DNA of 64,000 bases from Minisyncoccota bacterium. GTDB taxonomy: Bacteria > Patescibacteriota > Minisyncoccia > Phycocordibacterales > WO2-35-19. Position 1 is the stretch's first letter. Each line of letters opens with the position of its first letter. Location of the stretch: the NCBI GenBank assembly GCA_036517255.1, contig DATDXE010000015.1, forward strand, positions 14,568 through 78,567, in the 5' to 3' direction. A program made the position numbers and the translations under genes. This document shows positions 1 to 9,270 of the stretch, piece after piece. The notes under the pieces are model-generated. The model was not told the DNA's origin and did not search any database. It saw nothing but the letters and a program-made list of their open reading frames with translations.

Positions 1-90
1 AAGAACTATCAAAAGCCCCACAATCAGGGCAGGTATGATGACAAACCAATGATTTTTTATTACCCCTTTTGCCCAATTTAAAATTGACAT
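1..90 (-). CDS. N-terminal fragment of a membrane protein (runs off the window edge)
   Basis: ATG at 90 just after the stop of the GT2 gene; reads MSILNWAKGVIKNHWFVIIPALIVGAFDSS, hydrophobic. Confidence 0.5.
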   Translation of the reverse strand, partial: MSILNWAKGVIKNHWFVIIPALIVGLLIVL

Positions 91-102
91 AAAAACAAAA
101 TG

Positions 103-834
103 CTAGAGTAAATTTAACCTCAACATTATCATGTCCTTTATAGTGTTCAGAACTACTTTTGGTTTTGTACCACCTGCAATCCCGCTTCTCCTCTCATAAT
201 GGACCACCGGAAACTGTGCAATTTTATACCCCAATTTTTTGGCTTTTAGAATTAGCTCAGCATCTATAAAACCTCCTTTAGAACTACTGCATATATCTAT
301 CGAATCTAAAACACTTTTTTTAAAAATTTTCATGGAGCAATTAATGTCTTTAAAATTAACAAAAAATAAAATGTTTATTAAAAAGTTATGAAGATTAGAT
401 TGAAATACACGAAACTTTGATACTGCTTTTTTAATAGCGTATCCGGCTATAACATCGTTTGTCTTGAGTAAATTTAAATAAGGCTCAAAATCCCAAATAT
501 TATATTGATTATCACCATCTGTATACATAACATATTCATATCTTGCAGTATTAAATCCTTCTTTCATGGTAGCTGTGATTCCTTGATTTTTATTGTGATG
601 AACAACTCTGATATGAGGAAATTTTGTCGCCAAGTCGTCTGCGACTTGTCCCGTACTGTCTGGACTACAATCTTCTATTATCACAATCTCAAATTTTTCC
701 GTATTTTTTTCTAAAAAATTAAAAACTTGTGGAATCAATTCTGGTAGATTAAGTTCATCATGATAAGCTGGACAAAAAAATGATACTGACTTTAGCTTTT
801 CATTTTTTTTAGAAGCTTGTTCCATATAATTCAA
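103..834 (-). CDS. GT2 glycosyltransferase (DPM1-like)
   Basis: PAYHDE, IEDCSPDST, YTDGDNQY and DINCSMK motifs. Confidence 0.9.
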   Translation of the reverse strand: MNYMEQASKKNEKLKSVSFFCPAYHDELNLPELIPQVFNFLEKNTEKFEIVIIEDCSPDSTGQVADDLATKFPHIRVVHHNKNQGITATMKEGFNTARYEYVMYTDGDNQYNIWDFEPYLNLLKTNDVIAGYAIKKAVSKFRVFQSNLHNFLINILFFVNFKDINCSMKIFKKSVLDSIDICSSSKGGFIDAELILKAKKLGYKIAQFPVVHYERRSGIAGGTKPKVVLNTIKDMIMLRLNLL

Positions 835-843
835 AAGAGTGTG

Positions 844-1524
844 CTAACTGTTATTTATTTTCAAAAGATCCTTGTAATAAGCTTCCCCTTCCCATTCTTT
901 GACCTTTTTCTCCGGATATTTGTATTCAGCATTATTTTCGCAAACAAAATAAAGATGCGGCGCAAGCCTAGCAATGATTCTATCTAGCAAAGGAGATTTG
1001 AAGATGTAAGGCCGAGCAAATTTTACCTTCCAGCCAGCTCTTTCGATAGTTAATTTCAAACTGTGGTAATTAAAAAAATTTATGTGGTTGGAAGCAAGCA
1101 TTCCCCTCCAAAATTTAAGATGGGTAAGAAAATAAAACATCGGGATCACCGGCACTCCAAGTATTAGACTAGTGTTTGAGCTCGACAGAGTTTTTAATTT
1201 AACTAAAAAAGCATGGGGCGAAAGTAGATGTTCAAACAAATTATTGGCCCAAACGACATCAAATTTAGTTTCTATATTTAGTTTAACTATTTCTTCAGCG
1301 TTACCTTTTATTATATTAAGCTGATTCCTAGAGCCAAAAGAAACTTCCTCAGAAGTAGAAGTGACACCCATACTACCCGGGCCAAAATGTCGCAGATACT
1401 GCCCGAAACCGCAACCTATATCTAAAACCTGCTTTTGCCTTAAATTATGCTGATTTAAAATATTACCAAAAGTTATCGAGCCTTTAACTGTATCGAACAT
1501 TGCTTTGATTGAGTCGCTTTCCAT
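844..1524 (-). CDS. class I SAM-dependent methyltransferase
   Basis: VLDIGCGFG motif I; LFEHL. Confidence 0.85.
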   Translation of the reverse strand: MESDSIKAMFDTVKGSITFGNILNQHNLRQKQVLDIGCGFGQYLRHFGPGSMGVTSTSEEVSFGSRNQLNIIKGNAEEIVKLNIETKFDVVWANNLFEHLLSPHAFLVKLKTLSSSNTSLILGVPVIPMFYFLTHLKFWRGMLASNHINFFNYHSLKLTIERAGWKVKFARPYIFKSPLLDRIIARLAPHLYFVCENNAEYKYPEKKVKEWEGEAYYKDLLKINNS

Positions 1525-1533
1525 AATTTAAAG

Positions 1534-2148
1534 TTATTTGATCAAAAAAATATTGTAACCGCTGACCTGATTACTCTTGGACTTACCTGTTAGCTTATCG
1601 ACCAAGCGTGCCAACTTCAGAAAAATATCATATTTACAGAGTGGCGACAATTTGATCCACGTTTCCACTGCCCCCCGAAGAGGCTCGATTTCTATTGTTT
1701 GAAAACCTTTAAACATGAACCTAATGGCATCTTTGGTAAATCGCCAATAATCACCGTAGTTACCCTCTTCAATATGATAGTAGTAAAGAAAAGGCACGTA
1801 GACGAAGGCATAGCCGCCAGGCTTCAAAACTCTTTTTATTTCAATAGCAGCTTGTATCGGATTTTCCACGTGCTCAAGCACTGCGGCACAAATAATAGCG
1901 TCAAAGGAAACATCAGCAAAAGGCATTTTATGAATATCGCCGACAATATCAGGATTATATTTGGCGACATAATCCATTATTTTATAATCGACATTTTTTA
2001 AGTAAGGAATGATCCACGCTCTATCCGGATCAAACCGATTGTTCCTTTTTAGATCAATCCGCAAACCACCTCCAATATCAAGAATAGTCTTTTTTTCGGT
2101 AAAAATTTTGGTGATTTTTTCTTTAAAAAAGAGGTCCCACTTGGTCAT
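1534..2148 (-). CDS. class I SAM-dependent methyltransferase (type 11)
   Basis: ILDIGGG; SFDAIICAAVLEHV; RVLKPGG. Confidence 0.9.
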   Translation of the reverse strand: MTKWDLFFKEKITKIFTEKKTILDIGGGLRIDLKRNNRFDPDRAWIIPYLKNVDYKIMDYVAKYNPDIVGDIHKMPFADVSFDAIICAAVLEHVENPIQAAIEIKRVLKPGGYAFVYVPFLYYYHIEEGNYGDYWRFTKDAIRFMFKGFQTIEIEPLRGAVETWIKLSPLCKYDIFLKLARLVDKLTGKSKSNQVSGYNIFLIK

Positions 2149-3308
2149 TCGGCTAGTATATCATGTCTTGTAGACTGGGATATATTAGATATCTCTTGCA
2201 AAATATTCTGAGCTCTTTTAGTCCAAGAGTATTTTTGGACGTCTTGAAAAGCTTTTTCAACCGCTTTTACGCTTAATTCCGAATTCTCTATTACTTTTTT
2301 TATAACTTCAGCAAAAGACTCTGGATTGTCAGCTTCCGCAAAAAAACAATTTTTTTCATTCAACACTTCTCGCATCGATGGTAAGTCAGAAACAATAATC
2401 GGCTTCTTACTTGCCATGTATTCAAACAATTTGAGCGGAGAAGTGTAAGAAGAAGAAATGTTTGAATATTGAGAATTTGGTATTACTACTACATCAGCGG
2501 CTGCATTGTACAGAGGCATCATATTCCTTTCTTGGAAAGGGTGAATCACTATATTGGAATAACTACCAAAATTTTTTTTGAATTCGTCAATCTGTGGAGA
2601 AACTCCACCGACAAAAACAAAAGTGTATTCTGGTAATTTTTTAGCCGCCTCTGCTAAAGTGCCAACTCCCTTCCACTTATATAAGTGCCCGGTATAAACA
2701 ATGGTCTTCTTGTCTAGTTGTAAACCGAGTTTGGTCCTCGCTTCCTCTTGAGTTAAAGCAATTTTAAATTCATTCAGATCGACCCCACTTGGAGCAATAT
2801 GAATTTTCTCTGTCGGGACCCCGAAACCAATAAGAATATTTTTTATATTTTGGTTTAATACGAAAAAGAGCTTTGGTTTTTTGATGAGAAATTTGAATAA
2901 GAATTTGGAAGTGGGTATTTCGTGTAACTCCAAACAAACAAAATTTTTCCTAGAAAAAATAGTGGGAATCAAAAAATCACGTGTATATACTATATATCCC
3001 TCGACAACGATTTTGCGAAAAAAAAGAGAACATAAGAAAGAAATTATATCTACCCAGTAAAATAACTTGCCAAAAACAAAGAACGGACCTAAAAGATCAA
3101 TGCTTTTTACTCTATTTATCCTAAATTTTTCCTCTATTTTATAATACTTGAAAGGGTCTTCTCTTATCTCACTATGTTTTCGCTCTGGAATGATAAGTTC
3201 CACATCCGCGCTCGCTCGCCCGAACTCCTCGCACATTTTCATGATGGCATAAGCTTGAGCTCTGGGAGAAGGAATCCTTACATTAGTTATGTATTTTATT
3301 TTTAGCAT
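2145..3308 (-). CDS. GT4 glycosyltransferase
   Basis: SPLKLFEYMASKKPIIVSD; KGV motif. Confidence 0.9.
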   Translation of the reverse strand: MLKIKYITNVRIPSPRAQAYAIMKMCEEFGRASADVELIIPERKHSEIREDPFKYYKIEEKFRINRVKSIDLLGPFFVFGKLFYWVDIISFLCSLFFRKIVVEGYIVYTRDFLIPTIFSRKNFVCLELHEIPTSKFLFKFLIKKPKLFFVLNQNIKNILIGFGVPTEKIHIAPSGVDLNEFKIALTQEEARTKLGLQLDKKTIVYTGHLYKWKGVGTLAEAAKKLPEYTFVFVGGVSPQIDEFKKNFGSYSNIVIHPFQERNMMPLYNAAADVVVIPNSQYSNISSSYTSPLKLFEYMASKKPIIVSDLPSMREVLNEKNCFFAEADNPESFAEVIKKVIENSELSVKAVEKAFQDVQKYSWTKRAQNILQEISNISQSTRHDILAE

Positions 3309-4128
3309 TTACATTTTTATAATACTCCTCGATCACATCTAGACCTTTCTCTTCTTCTTTGGTATTTGATTTTTCTGTTTTGTGGATATATCCGCGCTCT
3401 CCTTCCAAGCAGTACTTACTCATACGATAATATGGAGACATTCCTTTGATTCTTGGCTGGAGCCCTTTTTCATCAATAAGACGCTGTAAAGGAAAAATAA
3501 CAGAATTCCATTCACTTAAGTCTGCTAAAGAATCAAAACTACTAGTCTCTCCCACTCTCGTCATTTTAGTTTCAGACAAATCAAATTTTCCACCCATATA
3601 ATCTAGCATTTCTCGAGTATAAAATTCGAATGACCCACGCAGTGAGAGTTTTTTAGGTAAATGAAGCCATTGTCGGAGTCGCCTTTGAGCATTGCCAGTC
3701 GTATTTGTAATAATTAACCAATCATTTTGTGGCAAAATATCCATATATACCTCATTTGTCAAAATAAAATTGTCGTCGTGAGTAAAGAGAAATTTATCGT
3801 ATTTTTTATAATCATACTTTTCAAGCCATTGATTTGAACACCCTAAATCACCTATCGTATTCGGATGAAGTTCATATTTCCAACCCAAAGCCTCGATTTC
3901 AGGCACAGTAGCGACCTTTCGATACATCAGGCGGTCATACAATTCTCGCCGACTAAATCCTAAATTTTTGAGGAGTTCTATTTTTTCTTTCTCTGAATAA
4001 GAGGGGTCTCTGTGAGAAATGACAAAGAGATCTACCTCCCAACCTTCAGGAATTTTCTGCTCTGCTATTTGTTCATAAAATGTTACAGGAAAATGCCAAC
4101 CACTAGCAACTACCGCTAATCTTTTCAT
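3283..4128 (-). CDS. hypothetical protein, possibly a GT-A fold glycosyltransferase
   Basis: Operonic in the glycan locus; FLFTHDDNF DxD-like motif. Confidence 0.55.
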   Translation of the reverse strand: MKRLAVVASGWHFPVTFYEQIAEQKIPEGWEVDLFVISHRDPSYSEKEKIELLKNLGFSRRELYDRLMYRKVATVPEIEALGWKYELHPNTIGDLGCSNQWLEKYDYKKYDKFLFTHDDNFILTNEVYMDILPQNDWLIITNTTGNAQRRLRQWLHLPKKLSLRGSFEFYTREMLDYMGGKFDLSETKMTRVGETSSFDSLADLSEWNSVIFPLQRLIDEKGLQPRIKGMSPYYRMSKYCLEGERGYIHKTEKSNTKEEEKGLDVIEEYYKNVNAKNKIHN

Positions 4129-4688
4129 ACTTTTTTAATCATTGACAATGAGGGGAACTTTTCATCTATTACTTCGTAGGGCACTTTTGTATCAGTTATT
4201 TTCGGAAAACCATATTTTACCATCCATGGGATTTCATTCCGTTCTCCTCCCGCCCCTCCTTCAAAAAGGACAATCGCGCCAAGATCAACACGATCTTTCA
4301 CTGCCTCGTACAAACTTTCTATAGTGTCGCCATGGTTTGATACATCCACATGAAGAAGGTCAAAATCTTCCGGCTGTTTCAACCACTCCTTAAAATCCTT
4401 TTTTGATAAAGTAATATAACTTGAAAGACCGTAGCGATCTATATTTGCTTGTGTTTCAGGGATCGTCGAGTGATTGTAGGGGTAATCTTCAAAAAGATCG
4501 TTAGCATAAATATGTCCTTCACCGATCTCGTCGAGTGCCATGGCCATGGCTATAGAAGAATAACCATAAAGGACACCGAACTCGACGATTTTTTTGGGTT
4601 TGTATTTCAAAACCAAATCATAAAAAGTGTGCCCAATATCGTTTTCTCTGTACGAGGATTTTACGTCAACTGGATTTTTGTATTGCAT
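4125..4688 (-). CDS. class I SAM-dependent methyltransferase (Methyltransf_24-like)
   Basis: IVEFGVLYGYS; FDLLHVD..H. Confidence 0.8.
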   Translation of the reverse strand: MQYKNPVDVKSSYRENDIGHTFYDLVLKYKPKKIVEFGVLYGYSSIAMAMALDEIGEGHIYANDLFEDYPYNHSTIPETQANIDRYGLSSYITLSKKDFKEWLKQPEDFDLLHVDVSNHGDTIESLYEAVKDRVDLGAIVLFEGGAGGERNEIPWMVKYGFPKITDTKVPYEVIDEKFPSLSMIKKV

Positions 4689-4697
4689 TTGATTTTA

Positions 4698-5753
4698 TTA
4701 AAACATAGAACTTACAAATCCACAAATCTTTCTCACATCTTCCACTGTCACACCATGATGTAACGGTAGAAAAAGATACTCATTCTCAAGCCTATCCATA
4801 TTAGGTAAATCAGCTTTGCCTCCAAAGACAGTATATTTATCATTCCTATAATGATGCGTACCAGAGCTTACACCATTTTCTTTTAGAAACTTTATAAGCT
4901 CATCTCTTTTCTTTGAATACACTGTGGCAAGCCAAATGTGAGCCTGGATGCCATTTTTTCTATACTCTTCTACAAGTTTTTTGCGATGATGAATTATTCT
5001 ATCTATTGATTGTAAATTACCTCTACCTATGGAGGCCGTTATATCACTCATATGGTATTTATAACCAGCTTCTACAATATCAGTATCGCCAATTTTTTGT
5101 TTCAGCTCTCTATTATAACCAAACCAACGTAATCGCTTGGCTTTATCACACAAATTTTTATCCTTACAAACTAAAAAACCTCCGTCGCCTGAAGTAAGTG
5201 TTTTTATAGCTTGCAAAGAAACACAGGTAAAATCGGCCTTACCCCAAAAATCGGAACCTACAGCCTGCGCCGCATCTTCTATTAAAATTAAATTCTTCTC
5301 TTTGGCAAGTTCTACTAGTTCTTTGAGTCCCCTATTGTTACCACCAAAATGTACGAAAACTATGGCTTTGGTTTTAGAAGTTATTTTACTCCTGACATCA
5401 TCAACACTCATATTCAAATCATCTCCAACATCAGCAAAAACAATTTTCGCCTTACGATGGAGGAGAGGTAAATTGGTAGCAACAGCTGTCATGACTGGAG
5501 TAACGACTTCATCCCCCTCTCCTATATCCGCAAGCTCGTAAGCGAGCTCTAAAGCTGAAGTGCCAGAATTGAGAGCAACAATATTTTCACAATTTAATTG
5601 ATCTGCAAACTTTTCTCCAAACTCTTTTTCAAAAGCTTTCACTTGTGGCCCCTCACCGATATATGCTCCATGATTAGATTTGAAGAGTAAAATACAAACA
5701 TTCCAAATGGAACGGAGTGAGATATATGATTTAAACAGACCTATTTTTCTCAT
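4698..5753 (-). CDS. DegT/DnrJ/EryC1/StrS sugar aminotransferase
   Basis: NSGTSALEL, IEDAAQAVG, SLQAIKTLTSGDGG (PLP lysine). Confidence 0.92.
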   Translation of the reverse strand: MRKIGLFKSYISLRSIWNVCILLFKSNHGAYIGEGPQVKAFEKEFGEKFADQLNCENIVALNSGTSALELAYELADIGEGDEVVTPVMTAVATNLPLLHRKAKIVFADVGDDLNMSVDDVRSKITSKTKAIVFVHFGGNNRGLKELVELAKEKNLILIEDAAQAVGSDFWGKADFTCVSLQAIKTLTSGDGGFLVCKDKNLCDKAKRLRWFGYNRELKQKIGDTDIVEAGYKYHMSDITASIGRGNLQSIDRIIHHRKKLVEEYRKNGIQAHIWLATVYSKKRDELIKFLKENGVSSGTHHYRNDKYTVFGGKADLPNMDRLENEYLFLPLHHGVTVEDVRKICGFVSSMF

Positions 5754-7025
5754 CTACTTAATAATTTTGAATTCTGGGAGAGGCACTATGAACTTTGATT
5801 TCAGACCCTTTGCCTTCCAATTCTTTATAATATAGTCCGCGAAATGCCAAGCGAGGATAAGCACATAATCGGGCTGCTCTTTGAGTAAGATTTCATTGCT
5901 CACAATTGGATTATGCGTCCCAGGCATGTATTTCCCCACTTTTTCAGTTCCTGGTAATTGAGCGATGTAAGGCAAAAGCGTTTTATCAAGACCAAAATAA
6001 TTTACAACTACCACCCCTCTCGTCGGGCAGGAGTCGGCCACAATTTTCTTACCTTCTTTTTTGGACTTGATAGCCAGTTCAAGAAACTGATGTTTGCTTT
6101 TATTTACTTTTTCTCTAAATTTTGCCCAAGCTTTCGGGTTAAATAACCCTGCTTTTTCTTCAGCTTGAAGTAGTTTTTTCACATTCGGGCTAATTTTGTG
6201 TTTGCCTTTAAATCCAGCATAAACCTTGATGCTGCCTTCGCGAGTCTTCACTCTCCTAGCATCGAAAACTTCCATTCCATAATATGGGAAGAGCTTTACT
6301 AAAGATTTAAGGCTATAAATGCGAACATGTTCATGATATATCTGATCAAATTGATTACCCTCAAACACATCGAGAAGATACTGGCTCTCAGTAACGACCG
6401 CGCCATCCTTATGAAGAAGAGCTTTCAGTCCCCGCATTACTCCACCTAGGCTCGCAACATGAGCAAAGACATTGGTAAATGTAATAATTTCCGCTCGCCC
6501 ATATTTTTTCACCACATCTTTAGCAACTGCTTCATTAAAAAAAGCTTGAATTGTATTAATTTTATTTTCCTTTCGAGCTGTCTTCGCCATATTAGTAGGC
6601 TCAATTCCTAATGTTTTCATCCCTTGCTCGCGAAAATTAGTAAGGAGTGTCCCATCGTTCGACCCTACATCGACACAGAAAGAGCCTTTCTTTAATTTAA
6701 GGTCTTTTGTAATGTCTTCAGTGAGAAGCTTTAAATGCTCACAGAGCGGCTTAGATATGCCAGTTCGATATACATAGTTAGTAGTAGAGAAAAGAAGTTT
6801 AGGATGAACAACATGGTCGAGCTGTCCCAGGCCTGATTCTGGACATATCATGAGACGCAGAGAATACATAGTTTCCGGTTGATTAAGACCTTCGTCAGTT
6901 AACAAAGCTCCGGCACTAGGCTGAAAACCAAGATCGATTGCCTCAAAAAGATTTTTTGACCCGCTGATCTGACAACGGTCCAGTTTACCCACGATAACAT
7001 CGTGATTTGGCTTTTTCATGCCCAA
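5754..7025 (-). CDS. NDP-hexose C-methyltransferase-like protein
   Basis: VDVGSNDGTLL, FDQIYHEH, KVGKYMPGTH, PDYVLILAWHF. Confidence 0.88.
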   Translation of the reverse strand: MGMKKPNHDVIVGKLDRCQISGSKNLFEAIDLGFQPSAGALLTDEGLNQPETMYSLRLMICPESGLGQLDHVVHPKLLFSTTNYVYRTGISKPLCEHLKLLTEDITKDLKLKKGSFCVDVGSNDGTLLTNFREQGMKTLGIEPTNMAKTARKENKINTIQAFFNEAVAKDVVKKYGRAEIITFTNVFAHVASLGGVMRGLKALLHKDGAVVTESQYLLDVFEGNQFDQIYHEHVRIYSLKSLVKLFPYYGMEVFDARRVKTREGSIKVYAGFKGKHKISPNVKKLLQAEEKAGLFNPKAWAKFREKVNKSKHQFLELAIKSKKEGKKIVADSCPTRGVVVVNYFGLDKTLLPYIAQLPGTEKVGKYMPGTHNPIVSNEILLKEQPDYVLILAWHFADYIIKNWKAKGLKSKFIVPLPEFKIIK

Positions 7026-7088
7026 TATTTATAGCAGGAATTTAGGCTTAGGGCAAGATATAAAAGAAAAGAGAATTTTTTCAGTATT

Positions 7089-8129
7089 CTATTTCATCAA
7101 GGATTTTAATGGAGTCAACACCAGTCGAAACAGGCGATTTAATACTCTGCCTTCGGGGTAGAAGTGAGCATCATTTTCTTTCTTTCTTTCTTGGAGGCCA
7201 GTGAGAGTGCCCTTGATTACCTCTTCCAAACTTACTTTGGGGGAAAAGCCTATAGATTTGATTTTATCACTATTGATAGTATAGACTTGTTGATTAATTG
7301 TGTTTTCTTTATTTATTTTAACCCGAGCTTTCAGCCCATTCTTTTCAATCTCTTCAACTACATCTTCAAGATTGGTATTAAAAGAAGTTAAGTTGTAAGC
7401 CTGTCCTTTCATTTTACTAATATTTTCCATGGCAAAAATAATCGCGGCCGCTTCATCATTGAGAGCTAAATATGTTTTTGGATTTTTTAAAGCACTTTCA
7501 AAAAGAGTAGTGGTAATGCCATAAATAGATCGGATGCAGAGCATATTAATGATTGTTTCGTAGCGAAAGGCAGGGTTATATCCTACGAGAGTCGCAGAGC
7601 GCAAAGCGCAAGTATTAAAATTCTCGTCATCAAGCTGGAGGATAGCCTTCTCCGCTTCGTATTTCGATATGCCGTAAGTCGAGAGAGGTTCTTTTGGAGC
7701 ATCTTCTTTTAAATCTTCTCCTCTGCTATACATACTGACTGTTGATTGATAAATAAAAGTTTTGACCCCATGCTTTTTACAAACTTCCGCAATCTTAATT
7801 GCTGCAGTTTGATTTACTATAGTACACTCTATATCTTTCCCTTCTCTGTTAGTGGAAAAGGCATCTACTATCGCGGCTAAGTGAATTACCACATCAGGTT
7901 TATATTCAACGAGTACTTTTTCAAATTTTTCATAATCCCTTATATCAGCACTCTCCCAGGCAGTCATCTCCACATTGGGGAATAAATTTAGGAGAGGAGT
8001 GACATTCTCCAATTTACTTTTGGAGAGGTTGTCGTGTATTATTATTTTCGATTGGGGATATTTCCTAGCGAGCATCTTGACCGCGCTATATCCTACATAC
8101 CCCGCCCCACCAGTTACTAATATATTCAT
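7089..8129 (-). CDS. NAD-dependent epimerase/dehydratase
   Basis: ILVTGGAGYVG and YGISK motifs; start taken at MNILVTG. Confidence 0.9.
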   Translation of the reverse strand: MNILVTGGAGYVGYSAVKMLARKYPQSKIIIHDNLSKSKLENVTPLLNLFPNVEMTAWESADIRDYEKFEKVLVEYKPDVVIHLAAIVDAFSTNREGKDIECTIVNQTAAIKIAEVCKKHGVKTFIYQSTVSMYSRGEDLKEDAPKEPLSTYGISKYEAEKAILQLDDENFNTCALRSATLVGYNPAFRYETIINMLCIRSIYGITTTLFESALKNPKTYLALNDEAAAIIFAMENISKMKGQAYNLTSFNTNLEDVVEEIEKNGLKARVKINKENTINQQVYTINSDKIKSIGFSPKVSLEEVIKGTLTGLQERKKENDAHFYPEGRVLNRLFRLVLTPLKSLMK

Positions 8130-8190
8130 ACAAGATAATAGTAACATAAATATACCATTAAAACTATAAAATACGCTGGTGTTTGTTGTA

Positions 8191-8218
8191 TTGACAATGT
8201 AATTACATCATATATACT
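8191..8218 (+). promoter_or_regulatory. toxin-antitoxin promoter with palindromic operator
   Basis: TTGACA(8191)-16 nt-TATACT(8213); perfect palindrome ATGTAATTACAT (8197-8208) in the spacer. Confidence 0.7.
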
Positions 8219-8247
8219 TGAGTTCATTAGCATTTTACACAAAACAA

Positions 8248-8520
8248 ATGAACTCCACTTTAAGCATTAGGATTAATAAAAAAATAAAAAAAGAGGCTAT
8301 GAATGTTTTCAGTAAACTTGGCCTTGATATTTCTTCTGGAGTAAAAATATTTCTTAATCAGGTAATTAACACTCGTTCTATCCCCTTCGAACCCAAAATG
8401 CATTATACGATGACTCCAAAACAAGAAAGATGGGTGATCAGACAAGTGAAAGAAGCAAAGAAGAATAGTAAAAGATACACAAGTATAGAAGAGTTACATA
8501 GAGATATTTTGGGTGAATAA
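8248..8520 (+). CDS. dinJ: RelB/DinJ family antitoxin
   Basis: LSIRINKKIKKEA..LGLDISSGVKIFL..IPFE pattern; directly upstream of a YafQ toxin. Confidence 0.85.
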   Translation: MNSTLSIRINKKIKKEAMNVFSKLGLDISSGVKIFLNQVINTRSIPFEPKMHYTMTPKQERWVIRQVKEAKKNSKRYTSIEELHRDILGE

Positions 8521-8799
8521 ATGCTTAGTGTATTTAGAACAAAAGCATATAGAAAAGCTATCAAAAAATATTCTGGATCTGGGAATTTTAATATTGAAAA
8601 AGTCGAATCTGTAATTAAAACTATTCAAAAAGGAGAAAAATTAGACAAAAAATACAGGAACCATGATTTAACAGGAAAGTACAGAGGAATAATGGAATGT
8701 CATATCAAACCAGATCTATTACTTCTTTATAAAATTGAGAAAGAAAATCTAATATTAATTTTGTTGAACTTAGGCAGTCACTCTGATTTGTTTGGGTAG
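8521..8799 (+). CDS. yafQ: YafQ family mRNA interferase toxin
   Basis: HDLTGKY, ECHIKPDLLLLY, LGSHSDLF. Confidence 0.9.
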   Translation: MLSVFRTKAYRKAIKKYSGSGNFNIEKVESVIKTIQKGEKLDKKYRNHDLTGKYRGIMECHIKPDLLLLYKIEKENLILILLNLGSHSDLFG

Positions 8800-8832
8800 T
8801 AGAGCCATATTTCATTAAGTAAATGCCTGGGC

Positions 8833-8874
8833 TTGACTTTTATACATAAAGTATGCTATAATAACCAAGGAGGT
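8833..8874 (+). promoter_or_regulatory. cassette A promoter and Shine-Dalgarno
   Basis: TTGACT(8833)-18 nt-TATAAT(8857, preceded by TGn); AAGGAGGT at 8867-8874, ATG at 8881. Confidence 0.8.
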
Positions 8875-8880
8875 AGCCCA

Positions 8881-9201
8881 ATGATATTGCGTGTTGGAAG
8901 TGTAGTGAAGTTCGTCTACAATCCAAGGAACGGCGAGCGGATCACCGACGTCCACTTGGACGGGGAAAATGTGGAGCTGTCATACGGCACCCAGCTTCAT
9001 TTTCACAATGGTTTGGATGTGAGACAGCCTGGGGTAGGTAGCAGTAAGATGTGGGTGCCAATCCCCGAAAACCTGAGGAAGGTGACCTATACGAAAAAAG
9101 ATGACCAAGTCGGCTTCATACCGATCGAGGAACCGGGGACATTCTTTCCGGTTCTGAAAATCGCCGGCGGACTAGCCACGATCATCTCCCTTCCTGAATA
9201 A
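8881..9201 (+). CDS. orphan hypothetical protein (cassette A)
   Basis: 106-aa ORF bracketed by a promoter, SD and terminator; GC-richer than flanks. Confidence 0.7.
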   Translation: MILRVGSVVKFVYNPRNGERITDVHLDGENVELSYGTQLHFHNGLDVRQPGVGSSKMWVPIPENLRKVTYTKKDDQVGFIPIEEPGTFFPVLKIAGGLATIISLPE

Positions 9202-9212
9202 CACTCAACACG

Positions 9213-9244
9213 GGCCGGTCCTTCGGGACCGGTCTATTCTTTTA
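9213..9244 (+). terminator. intrinsic terminator of cassette A
   Basis: GGCCGGTCC-TTCG-GGACCGGTC followed by TATTCTTTT. Confidence 0.8.
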
Positions 9245-9270
9245 TACATATGTTATGATAATAAAAAATT